Part shown: positions 47,101 to 59,340 of the stretch, piece after piece
Layout of the letters: each line of letters begins with the position of its first letter
Position numbering within the stretch: position 1 is the stretch's first letter
From: Gonapodya sp. JEL0774
Taxonomy: Eukaryota
Assembly (NCBI GenBank): GCA_027604505.1
Contig: JADIIX010000139.1
Span: forward strand, 1 to 59,340
Length of the DNA stretch: 59,340 nucleotides
Direction: 5' to 3'
The notes under the pieces: generated by a model
Databases searched by the model: none
Told to the model about the DNA's origin: nothing
The model's input: only the letters and a program-made list of their open reading frames with translations
Made by a program: the position numbers and the translations under genes

Positions 47101-49845
47101 TCCGACACAAGTACGTACCGGTATACTACCGATATTCTAGAATTTATTTCTAAGCCGCTCTTGTGTCTATCAGAGGACTTTGAAGATGCTCAATTTGGAT
47201 TTGTCGGAACTTTCTCCGATTTAGTGATTTCAAGTGATAATAATCCTCGACAACCCACTTGGAATCTCCGGGACTACAATTTCCTTGACGATAACTTTGC
47301 CCCGGAAACAGTAAGGTGTAACGTTTGTGTTTTTGCTCAGAAGTGTTTGACCCTTGACGACGGAACGAAAGGTAAATCCGTCTCTATGGCGTCAAGCGAA
47401 GCTCAACAAGATCAATGGGCTTTTCAAGGTCTGCGATAGAGTCTATCAAGTTCGTGGATTCGACATCAGCAAGTATGTGTGGTTTTAGAGTGTCATCCTT
47501 TCCGATGTCCCAAAGACAAACTTCTTGACTCCCTGTTCGTATGCGTTCTTGAAAACGTATAGCATGACAATATTAGAAGGGGAATCGGGCCTCGTCATTG
47601 TGGATCCGGCAATTTCCATCGAGAATTCTCGAAAAATGCTTGAACTTTATTTCTCTCACAGACCTCGCAGGCCCGTGAGTTGGATCAGGCTTGCTTAACC
47701 GCCAATTCGTAGCTGCTTATGAACTTACGAGAATGCACAATCAGATCACGAATGTCATTTACACGCACAGCCATGTTGGTGAGAATGTTATGTGCAGGCA
47801 GAAGTGTATATTACGTTGCTAAGTACACTCGATCTATGCCCGCATCCATTCGAGATCATTTTGGCGGGATAAAAGGCATCGTGAATGAGGAGGATGTAGC
47901 GACCGGGAAGGTCCAGATAATTGCTCCTGACGGCTTTATGGAACATGCGGTGTCGGAGGTAGGTATCTGTGATTTACTTCCCGGTAAGTTTTGATTCTGA
48001 GTCGCGTGTCGTAACAATTTCAAGAACGTTCTCGCTGGGAATGCTATGACGAGACGGGCTACCTACATGTATGGTGGTCTGTTGCCTCAAAGCGCAACCG
48101 GGCAAGTTGACGTGGGACTTGGCAAGAACACATCGAAGGGACGTGTTTCGCTTATTGCACCAACCGTACTTATCAAAAATACGACGGAAACGCATCTGGT
48201 AGATGGAATCGAAACTGTGTTCTATCTGGTGAGCATAATTGGGAAGGACATGATTCCACGCACATTTCTCCCACTGCTCCAACTTTACTTCTATTTTTTA
48301 AATGGCACCAAACTGATCTGCTATCATGATATTTCTAATGCACTTTATTTCGTCAGTGCCCCGATTCCGAAGCTCCCAGCGAATTCGTCATGTTCCATCC
48401 GCAGTTGCGGCTTCTCAACATGGCGGAAATAGCGACGAAAAATCTCCACAACTTGCAAGTCATAGTGGAACCGCACTTCGATCTCACATCATTTATTTAT
48501 ACTCTCTCACCAGGTACACCATCCGTGGCGCCAAAGTCCGAGATGGCAATCTTTGGAGCCGCTACATCAACCATGCTCTCCATGTCTTCGCTCCACAATC
48601 AGATGTCTGCATCGCACAACACCACTGGCCCACTTTTGGGACAGAGAAGATACTTACATACCTTGAGAAGCAAAGAGACATATACAAATTTATTCACGAT
48701 CAAACTGTGCATCGTATCAACTTCGGAGAGACGCCAGCTGAGATCGCGGAGGTGCTAAATGTACCTCAAAGTCTCCAACAAGAGTGGTCCGTCAGAGATT
48801 ACTATGGTACCATAAGACATAATGCCAAAGCGCAGTACCAGCTCTATCTTGGCTGGTACGACGGAAATGTGAGTTACTGTTCTTTTAACTCTGGTGTTCC
48901 TGTAAATTGTCTCAGTGGTCTCAAAACCAGCCTGCAAACTTGAATCCCCTGCCACCAGTGCAAAATGCCAAGGAACTTGTGAGCTACATGGGTGGGGCAG
49001 AGTGTGTGTTGTCAGCAGCGAAGGACCTCTTCTCTCGAGGTAACTTAGGATCAAACGAGAGAATTTTCGCTTAACGAATAGTTGTGTTCCATTTTCAGGG
49101 GACTACCGCTTCACTGCTACCGTGGCCAATCATGTTGTCTTCGCTGACCCGGAGAATGTCGAAGCGCGGTACTTGTGCGCCGACGCATTGGAACAGCTGG
49201 GATACCAAAGTGAGAGTGGACCATGGAGAGTAAGTTCCTTCGATGTGGAAGCACGTTGCAATGAAATCAGACTTTCGTCCAGAATGCTTATCTGCAAGGT
49301 GCGCGTGAACTACGTGAGCTTAGAAAGCCGAAACAAGCAACAAGAACAGCGTCAGGCGATGTCGTAACTGCGTGGGTTGCAATTGCACTGCTCGTAATTC
49401 AGCCTTGTAATCGTTACGGTCTGCTGTGGGATAGCATGTCAATACCCTTGGTACTCGATTTTCTCGGCGTCCGAATTCGTGCAGAGGACTATACGGGGCA
49501 TTCTCTCAAAATCGATATTCAGGTCCCAGGAGAGCGATATATCGTTACGCTGCAGAATACCGTGTTGACGGTAGGTGTAGACAGAACACTTAATGTTTGT
49601 CCCTGCTTACGCAAACAACAACAACACAGTGGACGAATGACGTTGCTATTGATGCTGAAGTCTCCGCGGATGTCGTGATAAAATCGGAGGCAAAAAAAAT
49701 TGTACACCTCCTTCTTGGGAGACAAACTTTGCAATCTGCAACGCACGGAGGAGCACTGGAGGTTCGCGGGGATCAAGCCAAGTTGGCTGAACTCTTGTCA
49801 TTACTGGACGAGTTTCCGGCCAATTTTCCAATAGTAGAACCATAA
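44155..49845 (+). CDS. Tandem-fused double alkyl/aryl sulfatase (SdsA1/BDS1-type MBL-fold + dimerisation + SCP-2-like domains, twice), multi-exon
   Basis: Copy 1: 'KPATVHT...[11 protein letters not shown]...[16 protein letters not shown]...IYTHSHADHYGG...SEAPSE...[13 protein letters not shown]...HHWP...YYGTISHN...FAIVEP'. Copy 2 follows in frame: 'KFATCHT...[11 protein letters not shown]...IYTHSHVDHFGG...FPIVEP*'. Confidence 0.88.
45327..48702 (+). repeat. Near-identical ~535-bp direct repeat pair (45327-45861 and 48167-48702) including two introns
   Basis: From 'tacttatcaa(g/a)aatacgacggaaacgcatctggtagatgg' to 'aaatttattcacgatca' the two copies differ at only a handful of positions, including within introns. 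Confidence 0.9.
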
Positions 49846-49908
49846 ATCCAGGTAAAAAAAGACGAACAGAACAACAGAAAATCTATGTATTGGAAAGATG
49901 TATTTCAA

Positions 49909-52900
49909 CTAATTGTCGAGGCTGACTTCAGTTCCCTCATCGTCACCATCCTCCGTGACGCAATGTACACTCTCTTCCTCCAACAACAAGTTCGGTTCAC
50001 CGTCTCTACTTTCTGCTTCCCCTGGAACCACTTTGGTTTCAGTCGCTTCTCGACGGGCAGCCAGCTCCAACTCCTTCTTTGCCTTGGCTTGCTGCAAAGC
50101 TGCGTCGATCTGCTCCTCGGAAACAATTCTTTCCCGCTTTCCCGGAAGTTCCATGACAAGTGCACGATGAGCGTACCGTCGAAGTGCATTCACAACTCTG
50201 ATGTCCAGAGACATGGGTTTCTGTTGCACCACTCCTGGGAGATCTGTGTCCAGCACTTCCAAAGAAGTTGGAATGATCTCCTCGGAATGTGAAGTTTCTC
50301 TCCGTTCATCCCACCATTCCAACCAGTCAGCAAGTCGCTCCACTTCGCTCTTCATTGTGGCACCCTCTCTCATATCTGGTCGATATGCGGACACCACATA
50401 CCATCCGGTTGAGGACTCAGAATCACTGTCCGCACTCACATCAGCAGCTGTTGCTGATGGAGCGTTTTGCAAAGAGAGTTTCCTACGCTCGTCGTCCCAC
50501 CAAAGAACGCCGTTGATCCAGCACCGCCATTTCTTTTTACCGTTGCAAGTCTCACCCTCGAACGTTCCATCCTCGCCTGCTCCAAACGCCCAATATTCGT
50601 TGCCCTTCGAATCCCGACCCAGGAAATCGCCGCTCCGGAGGAGGCCGCCAAGTTTGGGGTTTGCGGTAATGGCCAACCATTCCTCAATCGGTCCACATCG
50701 CTCCAATTCATCTTTTCGTTCCTTATCCCATTGTTTGTCCGCCTGCTTCCTTTGCTCAGCATTTTTTTCCGTCACGGGCTCGGCCATTATCAGACGTGTG
50801 CGGCGATCGACATCAGCGAGGTTCATGAGACGACGATGCTGAACAGTCCGTTGGAAGTGAACAGACTTTTGCACCGAGATACTTTTCGCGGCTTCTTCAA
50901 CAGCACTGAATAGAACATCTGGCGTAAGCAACATTTCGCGGCATCAAAAGCTGGTCATGCGTTCCTACTTTTGCGCGATCTCAGAGTTTTGGATGATCCA
51001 ATCCAAAATAAGACAGACGGATCTCAATCGTTCCTTGGTCCCTCCCCTCACCGAAACCTCGAGACACCTCTCGACTTCTCGAACTTTTTCTCGATGTCTG
51101 GCGCTTTTCAGAGGCTCATAGAGCAGCAGCTCCTTCTTCTTGACTCCTGTGCCCGAGGCTTTGATCGACCACTGGTTGCATTCATCGAGAGACTCTATGA
51201 TGTCGTTGAGCTTCTCAGCAGGGTTATCCTCCTTTGTATCTTCTAGTTCAGCAATAAGGATGACATCGGTAAGGAGAGTCGCAAGGACTGTGAGAGGAAC
51301 ATCTTGGCGGCAAATGGCGCGATATGTCTGGGTAACGGGATTACTTTTACCATATAGACTCTTAATAAAGTTTGGACATACGACTCACCGTCCGTGGAAT
51401 TTCAAACACCTCCCCAAACGCCCGGGTAAATTCTCGCAAGTGAAGCCAATCACCAACAACCTCTCCCTCCACCCCGTCGATGGTGATCGGGGTGACTTCA
51501 GGTAAAGGCGGCTCCACCTTCGGACGCGCAGCCGGCTTGGGTTTGAGTACCTTCTTTGGAAGGTTCACAGTTCCTTCACTTGCAGTTTGCTTAACTTTTC
51601 GCGCCTTCTTCGTCAGATCCGTGGTCGGGTCAATCGGCAGAGAATTCTCGCCTGTAGATATCGCAAACTTGCTCGGTTTCTTGGACGGCCCCAGCGGTTT
51701 GCTGATTGCTGAGCTACCGCTCAATACTGATCGCGTTGCTTCCCCGCCTTGAGCCTTCTGCTTGCCCTTTCCAATATCGAGCTCCACTACGACATCCATC
51801 TCCCGGTCTCCTTTATCCTTTGAGACTTTGGGGGATTTTGGAGTTCTCGGGAAAGAATGTGTGGTAAGTGTGGGGTCTGATGCAAGAAGGCTTGCAACAC
51901 TTGTACCAGACTTTCGTGCGTAAATAGACATAATCCCGGTGGGTGGCAGGCTGAGTTGTACCATGAGACGATGACGGAGGTCCGCCAAAAGTTTTAGTTT
52001 ATGGAGGGCTGTTCAGTCGGTTATCGTTCTCACCCTTGTTTCTTACGGCATATACTGCAGTCTAAAGCGAAAAGCTGATACACTCTTTCAAAGAACAATG
52101 TAAACACTGGCGCAACTCACTGCAGACTCCCCTGCACTCTGGACACTGCATTAAGGAAAGTTGGGGCTTGAGCGACGTTATCACGTACAGATCTGCCTGG
52201 TCTTAAGCTGCGTACCTCCCAAACTGACACGACAAAAAAAGCGATGAGATCGGTGTCTCACAAGCAAAAAGCAATTTTGGAGCTCACCATATTCCTCCTC
52301 TTCATAGCTGCAGTGCCCCTTCCTCCTCCCGTCGCCGTTTGGAATTAGCAAACTCATGATTGCCTCACCATCTTCCCCATAGCGACCGAGTAGACATTTC
52401 TGGGAAACCGCGAAGAAACATCGAGAGTGTGTACATTTGTTGATGGCGTGACAAATTTTGAAGACGAATGTAAAAATCTAACCCACACTTCCTATGTGGT
52501 AGTATGCCCCACAACGACGCTGGGTCGGATTCTTTTTGCCGCCCGAAGATACCATTTTGGTGCACGAGACTGGGAAGTCGTAGTTATTTAATCCATGTGT
52601 CCTGCAGAGAAATCGGCATGGTTTGAAAGCTCACTCCAAGGTTCCATTGTCTTTTGGCGACACTGCCTGCATGTTTTGCCTGTGGCGCAAGAATGCCTTC
52701 ACGATGAGTGCAAGTTCATCACTACTGCCCTAATCAGGGCCCCACCGTTCACAGGATCGTACAACACCCCGTTGAGGACCCTAACTTCAGTATGCTTGAT
52801 TCTTTTCTTCCTCGGTTGTTCCTGATGGAGTTACCCGAGGTCATTTGAGGTCGAATCAATCTCTGAGAACCCGATGGTCCACGGACCCTACCGATCGGAA

Positions 52901-53252
52901 CTCCCACCTTCGTGAGTGGATCTGCCTGCTGAATGTGATTTTCCACGTCACTCTCCGCCTTTCGTTTTTTATCAAACATCGGCGGGCCTGCTCCCTTCTT
53001 CGGCGCTGGTGATGCCAATCTCTGGGTTGCATCCCCAAGCACCTTGGACACATTGCGGTGCCCCAGCGGACTGGGCATTACAGCATGGCGAGGTACACCA
53101 AATTTTTGCGAGGAGGGGGAGCGGGATCGGCGCCATGATCCATCGGCAGACATGAAAGGGCGTTCTGAAGCTGGCGGTTGTGGAAGCTCCACTTCCACGA
53201 CGGTGCGAGGGAACGATGGGCCCACGGACCGTAATGGTGACATAGCAGTCAT
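49909..53252 (-). CDS. zf-4CXXC_R1 (CDCA7-like) zinc finger + DDT + WHIM/WSD domain chromatin protein, multi-exon
   Basis: Spliced 'GKTCRQCRQKTME...SCTK...RCGAYYH...KCLLGRYGED...CPECRGVCNCSICRKKQGLPPTGIMSIYARKSG'. DDT-like 'GDWLHLREFTRAFGEVFEIP'. WHIM2-like 'RSGDFLGRDSKGNEYWAF'. Confidence 0.8.
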
Positions 53253-53437
53253 GAGCGTGGAAAAGGGATTTGATGCGTCCCCGACTTGAAACAAATGAAT
53301 CCTAAATAGCGTTGGACGACCCAGGGGTGGTGCACGGTCTCATTCAACTCATATTACTTACAGTCAAATAAAATATGTCGAGATTATTGAGGCATAATAC
53401 GGTATGTCGAAGATTACATTGCTATGTACAAGGGAAA

Positions 53438-56400
53438 CTACTTTAACTTTGCTAAGAATTCGGTTCCAGTAAATTCACGGTATTGCTCCTCATCCCACAT
53501 CGCATCTAAGCTCTGCAATATTTCTTTGACTCCCTCTTTGCTTCCCACTTTTCTTTTCCTTGTCTGCGTCGCTCCCCCCCACGAGATTGAGGTCGGGGGG
53601 TTCAAAAGGTCCAGAAGCTCCTCACTACCACCAGCTCCGATGAGAGTGCCCAGTCCTATATTCTTTTCATTGACAACCGAGCTGGCAATGCTAAGCTTGA
53701 ATCTCTGCAATCCCATGATCTTTTCTTCGATGGAACCTCGAGTGATGAGACGATAAACATTGACAACACGCTTTTGACCGATGCGATGAGCGCGATCCAT
53801 TGCCTGAAGGTCTTTCATTGGGTTCCAATCGTGTTCAACAAAGATGACTGACCAAATAACGACACGATTATCAGAGAAGAGAGGGTGCATTACGACTTCC
53901 GGAACAGAACCCACCTGTGTCAGCTCCTGTGAGATTGAGACCAAGGCCACCTACGTGAGTGGTTAGCAGCAGTACATCAATGCTTGGGTCACTGTTAAAC
54001 CTCCGTACAATGTCGTGTCTCTTAGTTGCATCGACATTTCCATCCAGTCTTATAAACGTGACATTAGGCATTTCCCTTTGGAATAGATCCTGCTCAATCA
54101 TGTCCAACATTTGCTTCTGTTGACAAAAGATCAATGCCCGATGTTGGGAAACTGGCAGAGGAGAGATGGTTCCAGGAGTCAACCGGGACTGCGAATGCGA
54201 GTCGGAGGTCTCAGCTCCATCATTCCCGATTCCACAATCCAATAGCAGATCTTTAAGCGCTGAAAGTTTCGGGGCGTACTGCAAGTCGTGAATGTTTGTC
54301 CCGTCTTTCCGAAGCATGTTTTGTATTTTGTCATACTGTGGATGCTCCGGCGATAGAACGAGCGCGGGGTGGTTGCACAGCTTCCGAAGATATTGCAGTG
54401 CTTGGAAGATATGTTTTGCGCCAGAAGCCTTAACCCCTTCCTTGTTGTCACCGTTTGTTGATGAGTCAATGTCCATATTGTCTTCGATCTCGGCTTGTGC
54501 ACGACTCTGTGCAAAGTCCTGATACAGCATGAGCTGCATTTCGGAAAGATCGCAGTAGTAATCTTGGATAATTTTCGGTGGCAGATCGTCGAGGACTTGC
54601 TCTTTCATCCGTCGCAGAATGAAAGGCAAAACCTGTCGATGGAGGGATTCGAGAGCGAGAGAGCCAGCTTCTTGCTCCTTACTTGAAGATTTTGCATCTT
54701 TACTAGCAGCGATAGGTTTGCTAAATCGATCATTGAATTGTTTCTGCGATCCAAGGAAACCTGGCATAAGAAAGTCGAATAAGCTCCACAGCTCTAAAAC
54801 TTTGTTTTGAACTGGAGTTCCGGAAAGGACCAAGCGATGTTGAGCAATGATCGATTTGGTTGCTCGGGTGAGTTTAGTCGCCGGGTTTTTGATAACATGA
54901 CCCTCGTCTAAAATGCAGAAGTTCCAGCCATTCGCGGAAAGGAAGTCTACATCAATTCGGAGTGTATCGTAGGAAGTGATAACAACATCGTGCTCCCTCA
55001 AACGCGGACGCAACCTTTCAGGCAAGCATAGGACGCTTATAGAAACTGCAAGGTAATCGCATTTTCCAGGTATGCTCACCTAGTTCGTTCATGTGCTGGC
55101 CCCTGGTACATTATGGGATTCATATGTGGAGCGAAGGTGCCAATCTCGTGGAACCAGTGGGCGACAATCGTTGGAGGGCACACAACCAGGGAAGGCAGGT
55201 GGGCATCGGCGGGGGATCGCGTTTGCGCATACCTTTCGCGTCGGGCCTGGTGGTCGGCAGCCACAATGGTAATTGATTGGAGGGTCTTACCTAGACCCAT
55301 ATCTTGATCAAATGTCAGATAATCGATTTAGGCGGTCTTGTTGCAGTTTAATCTCACCAACAACCCGCAGCACTTACCGTCACACAAGATGCCGTGCAAA
55401 CCATATCGCGATAAAAAGGCGAGCCAGTTCACGCCTTCTTTCTGGTACTGTCTTAGTTCCGCTGTGACAGTTCCTGCCGGAAGGTCAAACTCCTCGACCT
55501 TCTCCTGCCCAATAAGTTGCCCTATGAACTTGCGTTCCTCCCGTTTTTGTGCCACCAAGTGTTCCGACAGGCCTTCAGGGTCGGGAGCTCCGGGTTCTAG
55601 GGGCATTATTCGAACAAGTTCCGCGAACGTTCGCGAGCAGATCAGTCGCATTGGATTGTTCTGATCGGAAATGTGCCGAAGTACTGGAACCACAAGGAAG
55701 ATAAGATAGGGAAGAAGAGATCGAAGATTTACCGCCTGAACAACATGGTAGACTGCTTCCGCCCCTGCCTGTCGGTGGTGGAGATTGGTCACGTCGTCAA
55801 TGAGAGGCAAAACTTTCTCGATAAGGATTGGAAACACTTCGATTGGTGCTGCGGCTGCAACGGATGCCATGCACCGAGCCGCAACATTTCTAAGAAGTGG
55901 ATGGGGGGATCGGAGGGCATGCGTGACACTAGGAACTAGTTCGAGAGTTCGATTCCTCACCGTGCCACCGGTAGCAAAGAGAGCCGGTGCCAAAGTCGAG
56001 AGCGTGAATAGAGAGTTCACCGCTTCCTGTATAGCGCTATGTGTGATGAGATCCGCCCGCGCTAGATCCGTGAGAGGATCCGAGTATTCCTTTATTCCAG
56101 AGTAAGTAAGGTCCAAAACTCGGGGAAGTTTATCAAAGAGCGAAACAGAAAAGTCTTTGCACAATTGTCCAAAAAAGGCTTCTGCTCCCCGCTTTGCGAT
56201 GGTGCGAAGGGATTTCTGATAATCGTCCTCCCCTTCGATGGCACTTCGAAGATCAACATCTGCCAACTCAAGCTTACTACCGGGCCCAACGGACGTTTTA
56301 CGCCTCTTCAGGCTCGGTTGTCCCCCGTCCTGGCTTGCGCCACCGAGAGCCATGCTACTCTTTCGAGAGATGGCTAGAGGACCTCCTTTGCCCTCTTCCG

Positions 56401-59084
56401 ACTCGACCAGGTCCTGATCCCATTTCGCAACCGTCAATATATCTGGACCGAGCACCATATCGTCTCGCACTTCAAGCCCGTCCTTGACAGAATCACCAGC
56501 GATAAACCCCCCAACATTCCGCACAATCTTGTCCGCGGCATTGGTGCCGGTGCCACCCTTTTCAATCAACATGACCACGAGCCGTCCGAGCGATTTGGCG
56601 GAATATCCTTGTATCTGTGAATTTCTCTCCCTCGAGACCGAGTTGACCAGATTCCGCACCACGGGGTTGATCTTGGGCGGCGCCTTCCCCAACTGGACAA
56701 CCGCACCGGCGGCACCCGCTAGTACTCGCACAGTTGTCTCGGTAAACTGCCGCTGATACCACGCATGAGCCGCCTCCACAGCCTTGCGGGCCGAATCAAG
56801 CGCGGGTACAAACTTGTCTCGGTTGAGGGGGTTGGGGATCAACTCAATCAGATTCGCGAATTCGTCGTCGGCGCACAGAGCCAGGGCCACATCGGGGGAG
56901 AACACACGCCCACCCCCACTCGCACCTGCAACGGGCAAGGGGGGCAACGGCGGTATCTTCGCCGCAGGCACTCGAGCCTCGGTGAGCATGTTGAGCATGA
57001 TCTGTGCTTCGCCTCGCACGCGGGCCGACCAGGGCATGGATTCCAAATACAGCGTCTTTGTGGTGCCCCCATCAGCCTCGGTGAGCGCGGACACGAGCGA
57101 GTCCCAAAGCTTGCTGAGCTCTGTGACGGACTCAGCGGGGGCTGTGGTGGCTCCTGCTCGCTCTGCGTTCTCTCGTGTGACCCACTCGGCCCACGCCTGA
57201 ATCGCCATGGACACGATGTACCGTTGTCCTGCCCACCCAGCTTGGAGGTACCGTCCCAACAGACCCTCCACGTACACGCCCCCACCTTGCCTCTCCCCGT
57301 CCGCCACGGTCACGGCCATCACCTCACCCAACGCCCTCGCCCCAGCAATCCTCCCAGCCCACACATCTTCCTCTGCCACCACACTCAAATCACTCGCCGC
57401 CATAGCCCGATCGTGCAGAGCCACGGCCGACGACTGCTCGTACACGGCGAGCCCCGACCCGGGCCCCGTGGACGACGGCAGCGGGCCCGCCGCACCTCGC
57501 TTCCCACCGTGCTTGCCCTTGCCGTGATGCTGCTTCCCCACGGTGGCGGGCACCGGTCCACCCTCGGTGTTGCTGGCCGGTACGAACAAGCTGGCGGGGT
57601 CGATGGGCCTCCCTACAGGTGTGGCGATGAGGGCGAACACGGCTCCCAGGGTGGGTAGGGGCATGGCTTTCCTTGCCGCGGCCTTGTCTCTGGCGAAGAG
57701 CTTCGCGACGGCTGACGCGGCTGCCGACGTTGCAGTGAGCACCGGTTGGCGGTCTTCCAAGACAAAATTCTGAAACAGCGTGCGAATCACGTCGGGGTGG
57801 AGCCAGTCGGCCGGCAAAGGTGCCGTGGAGGCGGGAGTGTCCGGGCCTGTGCCCGTGCCCGTGGTACCGTCCTGCATCTCCACGTCCTGTCCACAGGGCC
57901 CTGCCCCAGCCATCGGTTGAGATGATTCCAACGCCACGTCCACCAGGACGGTGAAGCACCGTACCACCGCCGCCCGCACTCCCGGCGCCGAGTGTCTGAA
58001 AAACGGCAGCAACCGCCGCACCAGCACTCCCATATCCACCCCAGACCCTTCCTTTCCCAAAAACACCCTCAACGCTGGCACGCCCACGAGTCTCCCGAGC
58101 AGCTCGCACACGCCTGCCGTGGACGCCGTGAGATCGTCCAGGACGCCCAACGCGTCCCAGGCAGCCTTGACCACGCGATCAAACACGATCCGCGGTGGTA
58201 CAATCTTGGGCAGCAGTTCCGCCACGGGGATGAGCGCCGTGGCACACACTGCGCGCACGTCGTCGTCCGAATCGGCCAAACCGCCCACCAGGGCCGCCAG
58301 CAAGGGGCTCAGCTCCACCTCGCCGTGGGCCCCGTCGGGCGGCGACCCCAGCACCTCGGCCACGCCGGCCTCCCCGCGCACGGCCATCCACCACCGCACG
58401 CCCACCGCACCACCGTACCGCGCTTCCCACCCGTCCGCGTGGCCCTGCTGGCCCCTCATGAGCACCAACAGGCCCCTCTCCAAGGCTGTCCTGGCCAGCT
58501 CCGGCCCACACCACCTCACCGCGGCCCCGAGGGCCATCCCGACGGTCTCTCTGACAGGACACACGGCGCCCTCTGCGCCGGCAAAGTCGGCGAACCTGTC
58601 CAGTCCCAACACGGCCACCATCCTCACGAGGAGATCCTCGGTCCACCTCTCGTGGCGCAGCTCGTTGGCCCGGCGGGACAGGCCGGGCACTTTCCCCGCA
58701 CCGCGGCCCGCGGCGGACAGGACGGCCCGGATGCCCAGCGCGGCGCCGTGCCGGAGCGTCCAGATGGGGGAAAGCAGGTCGTGGGCGAGTTGCGTGCAGA
58801 GGTGGGAGAAGGGCCACGTGGGGTGGGTCAGCGGGTCGTAGAGCGGGGTGTCAGACCCACCCGGCGCCGCCGCCGTATCCTCCGCCTCTCCCCCTCCGCC
58901 CGTCTGGCTCTGGCTCTGGCTCTGCCCCTGCATCTGCGCCCTATGCCCCACCACGACCCTCGCCGGTCCCATCTCGTGCACCTGCGTGTCCGTAGCCACG
59001 GGCGAGTCCAGGTCGCCGTCCGGGTCGGGTTTGATCCGCACGGGCGTGGGGAGGGGGGAGGGAGAGGAGGAGCCGGCCAGGTCG
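53438..59084 (-). CDS. MOT1: TATA-binding-protein-associated SNF2 ATPase Mot1/BTAF1 (5' end beyond the gap/window)
   Basis: HEAT region '[12 protein letters not shown]', 'LGLDRFADF...PVRET', 'DSDDDVRAV', 'DDLTAST'. '[35 protein letters not shown]', 'LDEGHVIKN', 'LSGTPVQN', '[19 protein letters not shown]', '[24 protein letters not shown]'. Confidence 0.96.
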
Positions 59085-59094
59085 NNNNNNNNNN
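59085..59094. other. Assembly gap (10 N) followed by low-quality G/C-run sequence
   Basis: Run of N and homopolymer tracts. Confidence 0.95.
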
Positions 59095-59340
59095 GGCTCG
59101 GTCGCCGGGGGGGCTCCCTGGGGGCGGGCGGGGGGGGGTTTTCCCCCCCGGGGGGTGGGGGGGGGGGTGGTAGTGGTGTAGCGGGCCTGGTCGAGGAGGG
59201 TTTTTTTGGGGTGGGGGGCGGGTGGGGGCGTTGTTTCAGACGGTGTTGAGAAGGCGCCCCGCACGGACAAGACCATCCTACATTGGGGGGGTTGTTTCAT
59301 TCCGCCCTTCTCCCCCCTCTCCCCCCCCCCTCTTCCCCCC

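Noticed and set aside
49909..59084. CDCA7-like gene next to a SNF2 ATPase as a CDCA7-HELLS pair
   Set aside because: The ATPase is clearly Mot1/BTAF1 (HEAT repeats, LHGILCDDMGLGKT), not HELLS/DDM1 or ISWI.
56700..59200. Long antisense ORFs (297-393 aa) over MOT1
   Set aside because: Expected from high GC3 codon usage on the opposite strand.
59095..59340. G/C-run-rich sequence after the gap
   Set aside because: Likely sequencing artefact at a contig end; probably corrupted MOT1 5' sequence.

Overview
Eukaryotic, intron-rich, gene-dense genomic DNA. It is most likely from a zoosporic (chytrid-like) fungus, inferred from short GT-AG introns, fungal-type housekeeping genes, a flagellar thioredoxin-NDK (NME8-type) gene and an LKB1-type kinase. 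1-5.5 kb is a decayed transposon nest: a Ty1/copia relic with PPT and 3' LTR, a nested hAT-like MITE with an 8-bp TSD, and a solo LTR with a 5-bp TSD inside a decayed HMG-box-like ORF. Then come WBP1 (-), thioredoxin + 3xNDK (+), an STK11/LKB1-like kinase with a huge low-complexity N-terminus (-), ornithine cyclodeaminase/mu-crystallin (+), Pumilio (-), ankyrin-RCC1-BTB/IBTK-like (-) and an F-box/LRR gene (-). The F-box gene is head-to-head with a TKL kinase followed by about 20 one-repeat-per-exon RI-type LRR exons (+). After that are a chromodomain-integrase relic, a RING-CH ligase (+), YjbQ/UPF0047 (+), an internally duplicated, in-frame fused double alkyl sulfatase (+), a CDCA7-like zf-4CXXC_R1/DDT/WHIM protein (-) and a 5'-truncated MOT1 (-). 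The most notable items are the kinase-LRR cassette-exon array, the fused double alkyl sulfatase with an apparent gene-conversion tract, and CpG-poor domains spreading from transposons into genes. All exon structures were read by eye and coordinates of multi-exon genes are approximate.
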